Assembly (NCBI GenBank): GCA_965116495.1
Contig: OZ220696.1
Span: 576,001 to 640,000 of the forward strand
Direction of reading: 5' to 3'
Length of the DNA: 64,000 nt
From: Gammaproteobacteria bacterium
Lineage (GTDB): Bacteria > Pseudomonadota > Gammaproteobacteria > Eutrophobiales > Eutrophobiaceae
Made by a program: the position numbers and the translations under genes. Positions 62,622 to 64,000 of this stretch are shown here, piece after piece; within the stretch, counting starts at the first letter, position 1, and each line of letters starts with the position of its first letter. A model generated the notes under the pieces. The model had not been told where the DNA came from and searched no databases. It was given only the letters and a program-made list of their open reading frames with translations.

Positions 62622-63851
62622 TCATCCGGGCAGTCCGTTTTCAATGATATCCGAGACAAACTCGCCCATTACCTCGATTCCCAGGGCTATGTCTGCTTCA
62701 CGGGTATCCTCGGCAACAACATGACTGTGTCCACCGAGGCTGGGCACAAATAACATGGCCGTAGGCACTTTCTTCGCAAATAACATGCAATCATGGCCGC
62801 CGCCACTGGGCATACGCATACGCGGGGCATTGCAGCGTTCGGCGGCCGCTTCCAGGCGCTCCGCGAGGTTTGAATCCATACGTTCCGGCGGTATGTTAAC
62901 GCCGGGTATCCATTTGTGGCCGACCTTATGCTTTGCCCCGGCCTCGGCTGCAAGCTCTGGAATAGCCTTGTTGATACGGGTGAGTATATCCGCTGAAGTA
63001 TCGCGGTATTCGAGGAATACCTCCGCTTCCCGGGCGGTTACATTGTAGGCCCCCGGTTCCAGCCGCAGCTTGCCGATATTCCAGACCGTGGAATCACTGC
63101 AGTGATGATGGCAGAATTGCGCGAACATTACCGCAAAATCATACGCCGCGGCCGCGGCATCCTGGCGCATCGCCATCGGCACGGTGCCTGCATGACCCGC
63201 CTTGCCGAAGAAAAAAACCTGCGAACGTCCGACCCCTACAATTTCGGTGACGATACCGATTATCCTGTCGTTGCTTTCCAGCACTGGGCCCTGTTCGATA
63301 TGCGCCTCGATGCAGGCGACGTCCCGTGCCGGATCAAATGTGGCAACAGGCTCGCCCGCGTAACCGGCATTGCGCAGGGCGTCTCCCAGCACGGTGCCGT
63401 CATCCGCAACGGATTCAACCACCTGTTCCAGCGATTTAAGTCCGCTGTAGATGGAACTGCCGAACAACGCGTTGAAACGGCCTTCTTCGTCACTGAAAGA
63501 GAAGGCTTTCACGCCGGTACCGGCGCTGCCGACGGATTCCACCCATGCCCTGGCTATCTCCAGAGCAAAGATGACGCCCAATGCCCCGTCCAGCCACCCG
63601 CCCTTGGGAACGGTATCGGAATGAGAGCCGATAATGATGTAACGTTCGCAGCCCGGTGTTTTACCTGTTACGTTGCCGGCGCCGTCAATGGCGGCATCAA
63701 GCCCGGCTTGCTGCATGCGCTCCAGCAACCAGGCGCGTGCGGCAATATCTTCGGGAGTGAACCCGCGCCGGTTCACGCCAGATTCAAATTTGCCGAATTC
63801 AGCGAGCGCCTTCAAATCTTCAATAGTCCTGTTTGCGTCAACGGTTAACAT
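62622..63851 (-). CDS. M20 Zn-hydrolase (N-carbamoyl-amino-acid/allantoate amidohydrolase family)
   Basis: GSHSDTVP.GG.LDGALG, DEEG, EAHIEQG, HAGT, SGGGHD, SH. Confidence 0.9.
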   Translation of the reverse strand: MLTVDANRTIEDLKALAEFGKFESGVNRRGFTPEDIAARAWLLERMQQAGLDAAIDGAGNVTGKTPGCERYIIIGSHSDTVPKGGWLDGALGVIFALEIARAWVESVGSAGTGVKAFSFSDEEGRFNALFGSSIYSGLKSLEQVVESVADDGTVLGDALRNAGYAGEPVATFDPARDVACIEAHIEQGPVLESNDRIIGIVTEIVGVGRSQVFFFGKAGHAGTVPMAMRQDAAAAAYDFAVMFAQFCHHHCSDSTVWNIGKLRLEPGAYNVTAREAEVFLEYRDTSADILTRINKAIPELAAEAGAKHKVGHKWIPGVNIPPERMDSNLAERLEAAAERCNAPRMRMPSGGGHDCMLFAKKVPTAMLFVPSLGGHSHVVAEDTREADIALGIEVMGEFVSDIIENGLPG

Positions 63852-63864
63852 CTTTCAACTGTCT

Positions 63865-64000
63865 TCATTTTGTACGCCGGATTGATTCGGTAAGTGTGAG
63901 CGCCCGGTCGAGAACAAAATAGCTCACTATTCCAAGCGGCAATCCCACCAGCCAGGAAATCTGCAACCACCAGATCATGGTGACGAGGGAAGCCGCCAGC
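63865..64000 (-). CDS. C-terminus of a membrane protein (possibly an NCS1 permease), cut by the window edge
   Basis: Hydrophobic LVTMIWWLQISWLVGLPLGIVSYFVL followed by a stop 14 nt before the M20 gene. Confidence 0.45.
   Translation of the reverse strand, partial: LAASLVTMIWWLQISWLVGLPLGIVSYFVLDRALTLTESIRRTK

Noticed and set aside
63975-64000. Possible frameshift in the edge membrane-protein gene
   Set aside because: Too little sequence inside the window to establish the frame.

Overview
Gammaproteobacterial chromosomal segment with five blocks. (1) 1-13.4 kb, aromatic degradation: a sigma54 activator, a Zn-alcohol dehydrogenase, a four-component toluene monooxygenase (tmo/touA-F), a multicomponent phenol hydroxylase (dmpK-P), a XylT-like ferredoxin and catechol 2,3-dioxygenase. 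(2) 13.9-19.9 kb, toxin-antitoxin/defence 'graveyard': two intact TA pairs, several orphan antitoxins beside truncated toxins, a resolvase remnant, and an MmeI-family enzyme with an in-frame deletion of its nuclease core. (3) 19.9-36.1 kb: a corrinoid-dependent methyltransferase cluster, then core genes (hemL, thiE, thiD, hemJ, argC, erpA, anmK, tyrS). (4) 36.1-43.4 kb, one complete but heavily invaded rRNA operon: five copies of a ~126-bp structured repeat in the leader and spacer, an AT-rich intervening sequence in 23S helix 9, and two group I introns at L1917 and L1951, the second encoding a LAGLIDADG endonuclease. (5) 43.3-58.9 kb: an accessory catabolic region bracketed by a 16-bp direct repeat of the 5S rRNA 3' end and carrying a stray 67-bp copy of the 23S peptidyl-transferase region. 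This suggests an rRNA-anchored gene-capture island with no visible integrase, and it is the best candidate for an undescribed system. A TonB receptor, ilvE and an M20 hydrolase follow. All calls come from reading the sequence by eye; no database searches were run.
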